64,000 nt of DNA, from assembly GCF_009914755.1 (NCBI RefSeq), contig NC_060926.1, one strand, 5' to 3'. The notes under the pieces are model-generated. The model was not told where the DNA came from, did no database searches, and saw only the letters and a list, made by a program, of their open reading frames with translations. The translations under genes were made by a program, and so were the position numbers. Positions 36,081 to 49,780 of the stretch are shown here, one piece after another. Numbering within the stretch: the stretch's first letter is position 1; every line of letters begins with the position of its first letter. This stretch comes from the human T2T-CHM13v2.0 reference genome, Homo sapiens.

Positions 36081-39000
36081 TTACCTGACTTTTTGTGGGG
36101 CAGAAATTTGTTACTCAGTTCTATCTCATTTGGCTCTGCACATAGTAGGTACTCAATATATGCACATTGTATTAATTATTCAGTTATGGCACTAAGAGGG
36201 AAGGGAGGTGCTGACCTTAAGGGGTCTCGCCTTTTCTCTTCAGCATTGACTTTGATATTTTCTTTCTAGAAGAGGACAGTGAGGAGAGCCCCTGCCTGCC
36301 AACCATTGTTGCTAACTCCAGCTTGTCTGTCACTGAAAACTTTAAAATGCAGAATCTAAAAATAATTAATATATGTGCAAGTAGGTTCAGAGGGAAGGAG
36401 AACAAAAGGGAGAACTGCTACCCCAGTGGCTGGAAAGTCCCACTGGGGTGCAGACATAGTCCCCTGATCTTGAGCACTGAGTGTCTTCCCAGAGTGACGT
36501 GTAAAAGCCCCAGAGCCTCTGCCCTGGGGATGAGGGTCTTGGTGTTGGCAGTGTGTCAAGCCTCATCCATGGCTGTCTTTTTCCTACTTTCTTTAGTGTG
36601 CTTTGTCTTGCGAAAGTGCTCATACAGTAAGAGGATGAGAGGGATGGACAGGGTTAAATTCATGACATGGTGCTCATTCACACCACACTAGCCATAGGAA
36701 CACTACAATTAGGCATAAAATTTTATTTCTGTGAAATATACTCTAAGTCCTAGAAAAAAAAAAAAGAAAAAAAAAGCCAGCAAAGAAAGGAATTTCCCTT
36801 GGAGGGTGGGGGAGACAAGCAAAAACCAGTTACTCTTGAAGAGAAACAGCACAACACTGTTAGAACAACTACCATCATTGACGCCAGCCTACAGGATATG
36901 AGGCCAAAAACAGGTTTGAATACAGAAAATACAAGTCATTATGACTTATCCTGTTGATCACTGAAAAATCAGAACCACTGAATAATACACCTAGTTTCTA
37001 CATTTCCAAGTTATTTCCAAGTACAAGTGGTCTCTGTCTCATGAAGGAAGTCAGCAAGTCTATCTGTAGGAAAGGCTGGTTCACAGGAAGCCACAATCAG
37101 CTGCCATTAGCACATACAGCAGAACAGTTTCATTCTTGCCATCCCTTATAATCATTTCCCCCTCGCTCCTGCAACTGGTGATGAGCAACGCTTTCCACGA
37201 CCCAGACAACAAACAGCTGGATGGATGCCAGGAGACCATACATCCGTGGTCTACCATGCCCTTTTTAATCAACTTCCTAATTAAAAAATGCCATGCTGGC
37301 ATGAGGTATGAAGGGAGTAGGCTTGGAATATATTTTACAAAATAGCATCCCCTAATCCTGGGGTTGTTGAAAATCTGTGTTCTTACAGATGTTGATGAGT
37401 TCTTCTGGTGCAGAGATAGAATCAATTTGCCTGTGCCTGGCCCTCAAGACATATTAAATTTATCCTGGAGGAAACTGGATTCTGAAAAGCTCTTGCCCAG
37501 ATGCATTAGGGCAGGTGGGAGTTTCAGAGAAGCACAGGGTCCACCGGCAGATGCGGCACTGATTTCCGAATGTTCACAATCTACCAGGCAGCTCCAGAGC
37601 AGACTCGGTTTGATGGCTCTCTATGGGGTGCCCTGCAGACTCGCTTATTTCTACAACCAGTCTGGCTAGCATTGTTTCATGGCGACAATGCTCTGTGCTT
37701 TCAGCTTCTGTTCAGATGGCACAGGCTGGTGGAATTCGTGCACCAGGGAGGGGAGGTTGGGCCGAATTTAAAGTAAGCCCTTAAGAATGGTTTATTGCTT
37801 TTAGGGTTCAGTGGTGTGGTAGCCCCTGGAGTCAAGAGGTGATGCCGACTTTTGAAAAACCATTCTGTTGAGGGCCATTAAAACACACTATGCATTTAGG
37901 TTGAGATAACGGCATGAAGGCACCACTCAGAACAGTGTTTGAGCTAGAAATCCTATAATGAAAATCTTTGTCAATGTACTAAAAAAAAAGACCCCCATAA
38001 ATTATTAATTCATGAGTTGTTTGATTTAGAGTCCTAAACCTGACATTCCACACTTGAAAATTTCTCAAGCAAGTGCCCGATATCCTTGAGGTAATTTTCT
38101 TTAAAGAAATTGGAGTGTTCTATGTAAACAGTCAGACTTCAGTAAAAAGCAGTCAGTATGTAATATTGAGTCCTAAAGTTCTTTCAACTATATTAATGAG
38201 TGCACAAACACATCTAAAGCAGGTTTACATGGCACACATACTAACCCTATGGCTCAAATATTGTCAGCTTACACACATTTTCACACTGGCATTTAAAAAA
38301 TACACATATACACGCACTCACAAAATCATGGAAGAGGGGAATTATAGTACTCCTAAGAGTGTGAAAATACATGACAGTACTGAATTTTAAAAGGAATAGA
38401 GTCAAATAACCTTTTGAATAAAAAATATTTACCTGTTTTTTTTTTTTCTTTCACAATCAGTGGAAACCCCACCAAAGCAATGCCCTCTATGGCTTCGGTG
38501 AGCAGAGCAGGCCCACTGAGACAGCAGACGCCCCACACTGTCCAATGTTGCCTACACAGGGTACTTAAGTCAAAGAGCACTTCATCTTTGGACTAATATC
38601 TTGGAATCACAACAATTGATTAAAAATTTTGCCATGAAAGGCTGCTTTTCTTTCCAAAGTTGACACTCAACCTTAAAGTGCAACTAGACAGGGAAAAATT
38701 CCCTTAGAAATCACCTTTTCAGACAGGTGCACATCACCCTGTTTCCAGTCCTGGGACCTTTCATTGTCTTTGCCCGTGAGCCTGCTCCACAGCCTGAGAA
38801 CAAATGTGACGGAGAGTGGCACGCGGGGCTCCGTGAAGTGGAGACTAATATGACACAATTTTGACCCTAAAAAAAAAAAAACAAAATAGCTGGGCTCCAC
38901 CTTTGAAGGCAGCCAGGCACAAAGAGCATCGTGGAGAAGGGGCTTTCAGGGATCTCTGCATAGAAATGCACAAGGTGAGGTTAAAAAGTAAATGCTGATA

Positions 39001-40859
39001 TTTTGCCCCAAGAAAGTTATAAACCACCATCATAAAGCTAAAAGCAGCTATATTAATCATATAAAGCTTGGTTCAACTCTAAAATGAAATGTAGCAATGA
39101 GAAAATAATGGAACTATGACTTTATGACTTTTCTCTAGGTAAGATTTCATGAATCTGCTTGAAAACAATCTGATATTTAAAACTGCTTGAGTTAAATTTT
39201 TAAAAACTCAATTTTTTTCTTCATTCTAGTTTACCAGCAAATTTAAAAATGAAATAGAAAAAGAAATGTGTCTGTGTGTATAAACACACACACATTGAAA
39301 AAACAATAGATAATTTACCTATTATGCAGAAAAAGCTCAATGTGAGTACTAAGAAACTTGCAGAATGAGAGGGAAAATGATCAAAAGCAAGTTTCAGCAG
39401 CTTCACATGAAGGGTTAATATGTTTTTAAATATCTTGTGTTTGAGGTTTAGATTCATTAAAGGTGGTTTCTTTCTTTTTTGAAAAGATATATTTTTTTAA
39501 ACAGAAAATTTTCCCCTCCCCCCAAAAGTTGTATTTTCTGTCAAATATTCACTGTTATTGTTTAAAGCAAACAGCTAAAGTAAAGCAACTCTTTAGAAAA
39601 AAAGCTTAAAATGAAAGCAAAATAAAATCAAGTGATCTAAAATATTCAGGAATCTATAAAAAGACAGTTAAAGAATAACAATTTCTACTTGAGTTCTACC
39701 TAAAAAGCAGGTGAAATAATTAGGTCAGTTAAAATGAAAAACCTTGCCTTTTCGGGAGAATAGGAATTATTAAAACAGGATAGAACTATTTATCAGTGAA
39801 TTCCTACCATGGAAGTATAATTAACTAAATATTAAAACACCCATATTGCAGTAGTACAGTCACAGAATTATATAAGAAATGTGTCACTGATGACAATAGA
39901 AAATTAGGATTCCAGCAGGCTCTTTATTCTTACTTCTCAACTCAGAAGACTGATTTGCAAAAATGATCTCCATTTTTCTGAAAAGAACTCAGAGTATCAC
40001 TGTGTGCTAATTTCCACATTTCCTAGTTGTAGATTCTACAGATCAATAGAAACTTCAGTTCAATTTTCACAATCTCCAGTAAGTTGCTGGTTAAATTAGC
40101 TAAAATCATCTTCCAGCTAGGAAAAATACATACTAGTCAAAACTAATTATGTCTGGGCTTTAATTGAAACAACATTTGCTAATTTTGCTGGTCTCGATGC
40201 ACGGTTTCAGAAAATATTAATTAAACACATTGAATAATGGCTGCTGTAAGTTTCTAAAAACAGTCATCTCTAAACAGTTAATTTCCACTTCAGGCACATG
40301 CACACGAAGACGGATCAAGCCGCTACCCCAAACCGGCAGCAAATGACTATTCTTTTGTTACTGACCATCAGGAGTTCAACTTTGCTCCACTTTGGGAAGT
40401 GGAACAAATGCTCTGGTGAAGACAGGGAGCACAGGACATATTTACCTGGAGGGGATATCAAAGAGCAGCCTCAAGACTTGCAAAACAAAGTCGTCCCAAT
40501 GAATTATCTGTGCCTACAGCCGCACTTGGCACCTTCGGCTAAGCCAGCGTCTGACAAGCAGTTGTTCCCACGGCAGCCACCCCTGCCTTCCATCTTAGGG
40601 ACTCACCCAGAAAATTCTCCAACCTGCTCCACGACTACAAAACTCTTCTAATGCTTTTGAACGCCCACCATTTGTTCTCCATTCATCCAATCAACTTTCC
40701 ACTGCACATCTTCTCTCTCTACCGGCGCCCAGGCAAGGGGCCACTTCTCATCTGTATGCTAATTATTTTGCCACATGGACAAAAGTAATAATGCTTTCAG
40801 ACAGGAAACTAACAGGCCTGAAGTCGAAGATGGAAATTAATAAGTTGACACCACTAAAC

Positions 40860-41035
40860 GACAGGGAAGACGGGCATGCGTACAGCGCTCTGCCGGGCGG
40901 GTGAAGTGCAGCCTCCATCAAAAGGCAGCAGACAGACAGCGCCGGGCTGCGAGTCCCGCCTGTGCTGCGTGCATCAGGCTCACGCTCCCTTAGAGACCAC
41001 ATCGCTGCAGCAGAAGAGCCTCGGAAGCATCCTGC
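40860..41035. promoter_or_regulatory. Small CpG-rich patch next to a candidate exon
   Basis: Many CpGs (gacgggcatgcgtacagcgctctgccgggcggg...agcgccgggctgcgagtcccgcc) in an AT-rich neighbourhood. Confidence 0.4.
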
Positions 41036-41043
41036 TGACTTAC

Positions 41044-41098
41044 CCTGTCTCAGGCTGCCTCCTTGAAGCAACACAAAACATATCCACTTCCCCAAATC
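41044..41098 (-). other. Candidate 55-nt exon containing an ATG
   Basis: Minus strand: aagttccctcccaccttag|GATTTGGGG...ATG...GAGACAGG|gtaagtc, with a consensus donor and a good acceptor. Confidence 0.55.
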
Positions 41099-44000
41099 CT
41101 AAGGTGGGAGGGAACTTCACTGCTGATCTAGATATTTTTCAAGCTACAGCTGTGGATTAAACCAGTAATTTCTAACCTTCCTGTGTATCAAGCTTGCAAC
41201 ACAGTCAGACACGAGTGGAGATGTGTGCAGTATGCTGCTTGCCTTGTACCCACAGGCCCCTAAATCTCTAGAGCAGAATGTGTATCATGAGCAGTGCTGT
41301 ATTTAATGTAATAGATGAGAACTGTAAATACCGGAGTCAGGCTGTTAGCAGCTACCAGCTAGGCAATATATCTAAAAATATCTCTCGTATCATTGATGTT
41401 ATGGTAAATTCATGCTGTGGCCAAAGAAACCTCACAGAAGTAAGCTGAACCTACAGTATTTTAGATGGCATTGCTGGTTAACATCCAAGCAAAACAAAAA
41501 GAGGTTCCAAAACCTGTCACTTCTTAAAATAAAAGAATGGTGACACAAGAGTTAACTCTAACCAATTCTTAAAATCGTTTTCGGGTTGCCAACCTCACTA
41601 TATTATTCTGTTTCAGTATGAGCTTCTTGCATCGTTTTCTTTTAAAACAAAAGCTATGAAACTACTTGTCTAAGAAAGTTAAAACATTTTTCACCTTTTA
41701 TTATTGTTTGAAGAAAAAAATATAGAAAAAGTTTTCTTTGAAAAGACAAGTCCTAATATGGTTTTTAAAATAGCTAAGGGAACATAGATACCTGATGTTC
41801 ATTAGCATTTTTTTCTGGCTTAAAAAAGTGCTGATTTTATAAATGGCTTCTTGAGTCAAGCCACAGATGTTTTACTCTGGTGGTGACCATACCGTTTCAC
41901 TCTCTGCAAACCTCTCTCCTATAACACTCACCGCTATGAAAGGCTACGTTAAATCATAAAGGCTACTTTAGCACCTCCCACCCTCGCCCCAGGAAACTAG
42001 CCTTGAATACACAGACTCATGTTTAACAACAACTCCGGGCAGCATGCAGACATAGCAGTGCCCACAATGGCATTACACTGAAGGAGAAGCTCTTTTGAGA
42101 GAGGGTCCATTGTTGGCGCGTTCACACGCCTAACCAAGAGACTTTAGGAAGTGTTGTGTATGCAATCAAATGAGAGCTGGAGATAGGCAGGCAGGTGGAG
42201 AAACAACTATTTTTGAAGTACTTAAGAGAAGAACTGGGAGCTGCAACCACCAGGCAAATTAAGAAAAAAAGAAATCCTATGTAACCTTTACAATAAAAGG
42301 AAAGAGGTACCTTTTTGTGGAAGAGCTGGTGGCCATCAAGCCAAATCCTGTTCCGCAGTCTGCTTCTCACCCACGCAGGGCTCTGTCTGCCGTGGAGAGA
42401 CCATCGCACGTGCTGGTCACAGTTCCCTCTGTGTTTCCATTCCATTCACCCCTACCCTCTGGCGCCCGCACTCCACCAGCCCACTATCCACAGTGAGTGA
42501 GAGTCGAGAGCAGAACAGCACGAGGGAGCAGCCACTGCAGGCTTTCCACAGAGCACAGCTCTGACTGTGGTTTCCGTGGGGAGACTGACAGAGAAGCCCC
42601 AAGTTACCAGGAACACCCTCTTCCAGCTCTCAGAGGTAATTCCTCTGAAGACCGAGCTCTTCCCTGATGTGTTGGGACCAGACTTACTGGTTACTATAGA
42701 GGCTGCAATTCCCTTCCCATCGAGCCCTGCTAGACACCACTGCAGTCTGAAAGCAAGGAAAGCTTTAAGAGAATGTCCTGTACCATTCCATCTTCTCACA
42801 ACACAATACTCCTTACAGTAAGACTAAAATATTCCCCCCCGCCAACTTTTCCAATAATCACCACGTGGGGAGCAGAGATTATTTTAAAAGAGGTACATGG
42901 TAGGAAAATTTTCCTAGCAGAACAGCCTAATACAGCAATGCTTATCACTCTTTCTCTATCTAATAAATAAGCATTCATGCATTCTTTCTAGTTTTATAAC
43001 ACCTGGCTTACATTTTCTCTGCCATCTCTGATTACTTCTACAGATACCCTGAGGACTCATTATGATGTCAAAGCCAAAAACACTTCCATTGTAGAAACAT
43101 GCATAGAAAAATCACTGTGTATGCTTGAACAATGCAGGTGTGAAAGAAACACAGAGAGAAGAGAGGGTGGCAAAACAGACAAACAGGGACCAAGTTAAAG
43201 AGAGAGGGGGCAGAAGAGAGAGAAAGGAAAGTGGAGAGAAAGAGAGAGAAGAGACAAGACACAAAGATATTACAAACAGAACCACATTGCATTGAAATAG
43301 CCCACTGATGGAAAAAATGGATAGCTGTTGCCTTTAAATAATCTAATATCAGAAAAAATCATGCAATAAAATACTATAAAAGTAGAATATTTGTATTATT
43401 TCATATGAGTTATGGTCACTATAGGCAATATTTTAAATATTGGGGTGGTATGTCAATTTAAAATATCTTTTTCATACCAGCAACCATGATATGTAGATAT
43501 GACACTGCCCCCAACCACACACACACAAACACAAACCTACATCTATTTACTTCTTCAAGTTTGTGGTATCTTTTGTCTTCAGTTTTGTTTGGAAGAAATG
43601 CAGATCAATGTCAGGTGTTGTGTTGTGGTACAGAATACAGTATGATGAAACTTAGCTTGGTGAAAAATATGTTATTTGCAAGTTTTTGTTCAAGTTTATC
43701 CTCAGTTACTCCTTTCTAAAGAATACTACACAACTTTTCAAATAAAAAAGAAGATATTCAAAAAAAGAACTCTTAAAAACTTGAAATAGGAAAATGCATA
43801 ACATCATTGCGATCAAATTACGCTATGGAGTAATTAGATTATAAAAATTTACCAAAACTGTAGATCTCTCTTTCTGAGTCTACCATTCATTTGCCTCCTG
43901 AACAGAGTTCTGGTGAGACTTTGCATCAAGGTAGACTTCCTGGCAAAGGACAACATGCATTGGAAACACTGGTTATTGATTGAAAATTATAGCCCTGGTC

Positions 44001-47000
44001 TAAAAGGGACACCCAGCCAAACCAAACTGTAAGTGCAAAGCAGAGTGGTCATTATCAAAGAGCATCTGACTAGTCCCTCTAATTCCACAGAGGAGTTTTT
44101 TTTAATATAAAATATTTAAGGGTAAATAAACCTTTAAGTTGTTTGAAGTTAAAATGTATCCACTAAAATATATAACAAGTAAACAAAGTCTTTCAGATTG
44201 TATATTATGTATTTCTAAAATAATGTCTCTCCCTCAAATTAAATTGGCTTACAGGTAGAGTTGGAAATCTAGTTTATGCATGTGACTTTGAAAACATTAT
44301 TTACTTGACAAAATTAATTTTTCACAGAGAAGTAATTGGCTTTTAAAAATTATAAATGTAAAGTATTTATAAAAGCAGCTGAACAAATAATCAGATTATT
44401 AACTCAATTTTTTAATTTTAAGTATAATTGTAACAAATAGAAAAACTTTACAAATCTTTGAAATTGCATAATCACTTATTTCTTTTCCCTAATCTATTAA
44501 ACATTGACACAGAAAGCAGACAGAAAACATCAGACAGTGAAATAATTGGGTATATTCAAGAGTAAGGTACAAAATAGAAACATTTTCAAGAGAGTAAAAA
44601 ATAAATAAATAAATTAGGTGAAAAACATAACAGGGACAGTGAAAACAGCATATTAAAGAAGTCTCATTCTCTGAAACTATCCACATAGTCCTAAGGTCAT
44701 GCTTTGACAGCTTTTATAACCCCGAAGAAGACTAGGTACTCATATTCCTTTAATAATTTTTGTACACCACTCATATGTGGTCACAAATCATTGGGCCTTT
44801 ACCTTGATCTCAGCTTCTAACACAAATTTGTGAAATTGGCATAAGTTCTGCTGTTGGATGCAAGTTTAACTCAAGAGAAGTTGAAATTTGTGTGTCATGC
44901 ATACTTTCTACCTTACTGTGACACCAGATAGTCCTGGTGCATCTTTTCAAAGATGAATTTTATTAATAATTACATGTATTTGGATAAAATTTTCCAGTTG
45001 AAAAGTAATAATGTTTACAATTTTCCAACCCACAACTATACATATATACAAGTAATTTTTAACATATTGATATGTTTGAATATTTGGAAATAGAGTAAAA
45101 TATGTGTATAATGGCAGATGGAAAGTCTTTACTAAATAAAAATGTTCAAGTATAGATATCTTTGCTGCCACCATCTTCAAAACATCCAAATGTGACCATG
45201 AAGGCTTCTCCTACTTCTACCTCAACTAGCACAATCATTAAGGTGATGAAAGTGAGCCATTTTCACATTGCCAATAAACTAGGAGGAAGTCAGTCACTGT
45301 TGAATGCAATCGCTATCAGCTGCGGACAGCTCCTGGTGCTGAAAGGGAAGGCAGAGAAGCCTGCTCACAATAGCTCACTCCACCAGCCTTTGAAAAATCA
45401 CAGCAAAACTGAATGAGGTGGCAAGTGCTCAGCCTGAATAGCACTGTCTACAGAACAATGGCAGCCAACTCTAAATCCTACTATAATCACATTAATGAGA
45501 TTAATCAGTGAATTAGCAGCAGTCAAATGTCAGGGAGGCAAGGAAGAATCCAACCAAGATTGGTAATTAACTTTTTGTGGGTGGGGGTGGGGAGGAGAGA
45601 AAAATCAACTGTGCTATCTCATAGGTTTTTTTAGATGTTGATAATTTTGATTCACGAATCTGAAGACTATATGTACAGATCAAAAGACAACAACATAATC
45701 CTTCATATTATAATATAGATCCAGATCTCATATTACTGATTCTTATAGTCCTCTGAGAAAGCTGATGTCACTTTAAATAATCTTCATAATCTATCAGAAT
45801 TTTATTGTTTTAAATTCTTTAAATGCACAATTAATATTTAAAATAAACTTATTTCTCTGAAAATCAAGCTAAAATATAAAGAAATATGGCTGATTAAAAG
45901 CAGAAGGATTATATAACAACTGTTATTGTTTATGAAAAGTGTATGATAGTATGGTAAGAGTTTTCAAAGTGCAATCAAGTAAAGTACCATCACACACACA
46001 CATCAGTAGTGGTCTATGTTAGTTAATAAAGAAAATTTATCACTCAAGTATAACTTTAAGGAGACTTTTAAGCAATTAACTTACTGCATTTGAGGTGATA
46101 GAATCATACATGTTCTTTTAGGTCAATCAGAAAAAACAAACTTCCTTTTTTTCTGGAATGTTTCTCTTAGTAGCATTTATAACTTACAATCAACACTTTG
46201 GATTCAAAGTTCTTGAGAGGTGAAAACTTATAGGAATGCAATGCTGTTTTTTTTTTTGAAAAGGAATATTTTATAAAACTCTTTTCTTTTAAAAATAATT
46301 ACATTTTTATCTGTATGGGAGACATGACTTTATTATTTTTAAAGCTACATGACACTAAATGAAGATGAACAATTAGAAAGACCCTCATATGCCAGTAAGG
46401 GTGGTTTTGGGATGCTTTGGTCTATGACGTTAATTTTGTTTAGTAGAAAATATAAACATTTGAACAAAAAGGCTCTTATATAAAATAGTTTTACTCTAAG
46501 TAACTTAGAAATTATTTAGCTTATATAGCTTTGATGGTACAAGAAATTGTCATGGTTAATACTAAATTCAAAATCTGTTCTCTATATTTTATATAGCTAA
46601 CTTTCATATAAATATTTACATATATATTTTTGCTTTATTCAGATCTATCTTAAAACTAAAGTGTAGAGTTTAATCTTTTAGTTTATTAATTTAGGTGTTA
46701 CAAAAAGACATATTTCTGTTATAAATAACATTTTCTTTCATTATTATGAACTTCAAACATTTAAGTTAAATTTAAAAATCTTTATTTGAGTTTCTCCACT
46801 TAAACAATATAAATCAACTTTCTTCTTACCATCAGGTAAATTCATCCAAAATAGCTAACATTTTAATTGCCTTTGCATAAAATGATGTGCTTCATTTGTA
46901 ATGTAAAGTAATCCAGTAAAGTCTCTGGGAAGTTTTTGTTTCAGTATCCTCTTATCCTCCAAACACCATACATGCACCCCGTTTTGTTTTTGTTTCTTTT

Positions 47001-47241
47001 TTTCTTAATAAACAACATCACAGTTAAGTCATGCAACCTAATACCCATTTTAGTTTAAAGACAGATTTTTTTGTGGATTACAAAGCCTCCAGTCCAGGAA
47101 CATTTCAGCTACCAGCCATGCTGTAAAAATAACTTTAAAAAGGAGCAGACAATGGAATAGCAGCCTCAGCCCTTGAGCTACGGTAAAACACATCCTGCTC
47201 ACTAAGTTCCCCGAAAAATTAACCTAACGAACATCACGTAC

Positions 47242-47505
47242 CTCACAATGACCACAACCGCTCACAAGCGAAAGACAAGTTCAATTTTGGTAACTGTGCT
47301 GGCTCAAAATACACAGACAGGGAAGAAAACCCTGTTCCACCACAAGTTTGAAAGGATGATGAGACACATGCATGCCACCAAGACGCAGAAAAGGTGGCTT
47401 TTTGTCTTCAGTGAGTATGGATATCATAACCCATAGTCCAGGGAATGAAAAAATTAAAATGCACCCACCAACAATGAGCAAAAAACCCGGGGTGCTTCAA
47501 CAAGA
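47242..47505 (-). other. Candidate 5'UTR exon (up to 264 nt) with upstream ORFs
   Basis: Acceptor gcttttccctgcag|TCTTG and donor CATTGTGAG|gtacgt; unique sequence beside the promoter-like zone. It could instead be a first exon with a different 5' end. Confidence 0.5.
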
Positions 47506-47982
47506 CTGCAGGGAAAAGCTCTCTCACTGTTTAGTGTGCAGTAGCTTAGGGAAAAAAAAAATGTCGCCCGGGCAGGAATGACAAATGCAGCGCGATAGGC
47601 TCGCAGGCCTCAGGGATCTGTTTGACTTCCACACACCCCCATGCACACGCTCCCACTCATCCTCTCCTAGGCTTTTTTTTTTTTCCACATTTTTTTTTCA
47701 CAAGCTCCAAATCCCCGGCATATGACCTTCTGTTAAATAGATAAAAAAAAAAAATTGCTTATCAGTCATGCAAATGAGGCTGAATTCATTTTCCACAACA
47801 GATGGCCTCATAGATAATGATGATGGAAGAGAGAAAATTGAATGTCTCTCACAAGGTGGCCATGGCAACCGAGAGCAGAATAATATCAATAATAAACTCA
47901 CTGCATAATAAGGTTGTCAGTCCTACAAATCAAAGTCTCCAGCTAAATCAGGTATACCACCCCAGCTAGTTACCAGGTAAAT

Positions 47983-47985
<3 letters not shown>

Positions 47986-48025
<40 letters not shown>
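47986..48025. repeat. (AC)20 microsatellite
   Basis: Perfect dinucleotide run. Confidence 0.97.
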
Positions 48026-48027
<2 letters not shown>

Positions 48028-48546
48028 CCACAGAGTGGCTTGAAATCTTTCATGGTCACTGTAAAATGTGTACGTGTGTGTGTCTGTTGGTGGCAAGAAG
48101 GGGTTGGGGGAGAGAATAGTTGGATAATGAAATGACAATGTGACTTTTTTCTTTTCCTTTCCTTTCATTATGTTTTCTGCAATAGACTCGGTTTCATGCA
48201 GGACCTTCTAACTAGCCATATTGAAATCGGGATGCGGTGCTGAAGGCTTTCTCTCCTCCCTCTGCCTCCGCGCTCTCGCTCTGATGTGCTGCATTGATGC
48301 AATAGCAGCTCGCCTCAGGCTTCCACCTTGGCTCCCAGGGGGACATCCTGCAAAATGAATCAGCAGCCATCCTGAGCAGGCTGATTAAAATGAAAATGGC
48401 AAGGCACATGTCTGGGCGGAACTGGAGCTCAGCTTTGCTGCTTGTCTGGCAAGCATGCTCAATATAGCTCTTGCTAATAATGGCTTACTGCCTTTCATTT
48501 TTTAAAAAGGTATCACCCTTTTCCCCCTTCACTGACTGGTGTTGTC

Positions 48547-48600
48547 TGTGTGTGTGTGTGTGGTGTGTGTGTGTGTGTGCACGTATGTGTGCGTGCATGT
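48547..48600. repeat. Interrupted (TG)n microsatellite
   Basis: tgtgtgtgtgtgtgtggtgtgtgtgtgtgtgtgcacgtatgtgtgcgtgcatgt. Confidence 0.9.
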
Positions 48601-49429
48601 CGCGGGGGGAAACGAGAATGGATGGTTCTATTCTTCTAATTTTCTGCTGCTCACATGCAGACTGCCTGCCTGACAGCACCATTATTTTAACACTGAACTT
48701 ACTTCAGCTTTTCTTTTGGGACAGGGTGGGGGGGCGGTTGATAAGTCTTGGGGCAGAAGGGCTAGTTTTAAAATCAAGCTGCCTAAAAGGCCCAGACAAG
48801 ATTTTTACACTCCAGATTCAATAATTTCTAACCAAATCTGAAGCAACAGACCTCGAGAGAACTCCGATGCTCTGCTTCACAGGCTCACAGTTGGACATGC
48901 TGAAACACAGCCTATGAAGAAACCTATTTCTGTTTCGAGCATTTGCAACCAGCCTGTTACTGTATCCTAGATATTATGCAACACAGAGAATTAAAACAGA
49001 GAAAGCTACTAGCTAATAAAATAATCGAACACAATTGAAAAAATAAATCTTGGATATTTTGTTGTTTAAAATTCTCAGGCATAGCTTCAAGATTGCCCTC
49101 AAATAAGCTTTACTTTGCAGCACCTCTGCCGAGTATTCCAGGGTTTTTCAAGGCATTCTGGAAATTAGACCATTATCACCTCTCAAAAAAATGGTTGAAA
49201 AATTAGAACGAATAATTTTTCTAAACTCATTTTACTCTACTTCTCCTATACATCTTATTCTATGTTATAAACAGTCTTTAAATTTTGCTAAATTGTCAGT
49301 TTTGCTTTCCTTTGGTAACAGATGCTTGATTTTTGTATAAAACTATCTATCTACTTATTTTTGTCTTTGTAATTCCTGTTTCTGAGACGTGATTTTTTTT
49401 TCTTCTGAGCTCTAGCCCTGTTGCTGCAG

Positions 49430-49780
49430 TGTGAATCAGAAATCAATAGCGCTGCCCTAATGGAGACTCCACTCGGCACGCGGCAAGGCAGCTGCAGTCT
49501 CCTCTCTCTCTTTCTCTCTCTCTCTTGCACACACACACACACACACACACACGGAACTAATGACGTCTGTGCAGCTTTTTCAGCTGATTGGGCACCACAT
49601 CGGATGTTCTGTGGAGCAAAGAATAGGAGTCATTTACAGTCGGCGGAAAAAAAATGGGAGCATATATCCTTCTGTGTGTAAGACACTGATCCTGAGCTCC
49701 CCAGGCAAGCAGCATGTGGGTAAGGACGGTTCTCCGTGTTGTGGTCACCACGGGGTAAAGAGCGCCTCCAAAATGATTAT
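49430..49780. promoter_or_regulatory. Putative non-CpG-island promoter core
   Basis: Within about 45 bp: ETS-like cggaa (49552), CRE-like tgacgtc (49561-49567), E-box cagctg (49581-49586) and CCAAT box (ctgattggg, minus-strand CCCAATCAG); CpGs are retained on both sides. Confidence 0.5.
49499..49552. repeat. (CT)n(CA)n compound microsatellite
   Basis: ctcctctctctctttctctctctctcttgcacacacacacacacacacacacac. Confidence 0.93.

Noticed and set aside
40298-40651. 117-aa plus-strand ORF in unique sequence
   Set aside because: No recognisable domain, weak start context, no supporting promoter or poly-A signal seen, and a length compatible with chance in 64 kb.
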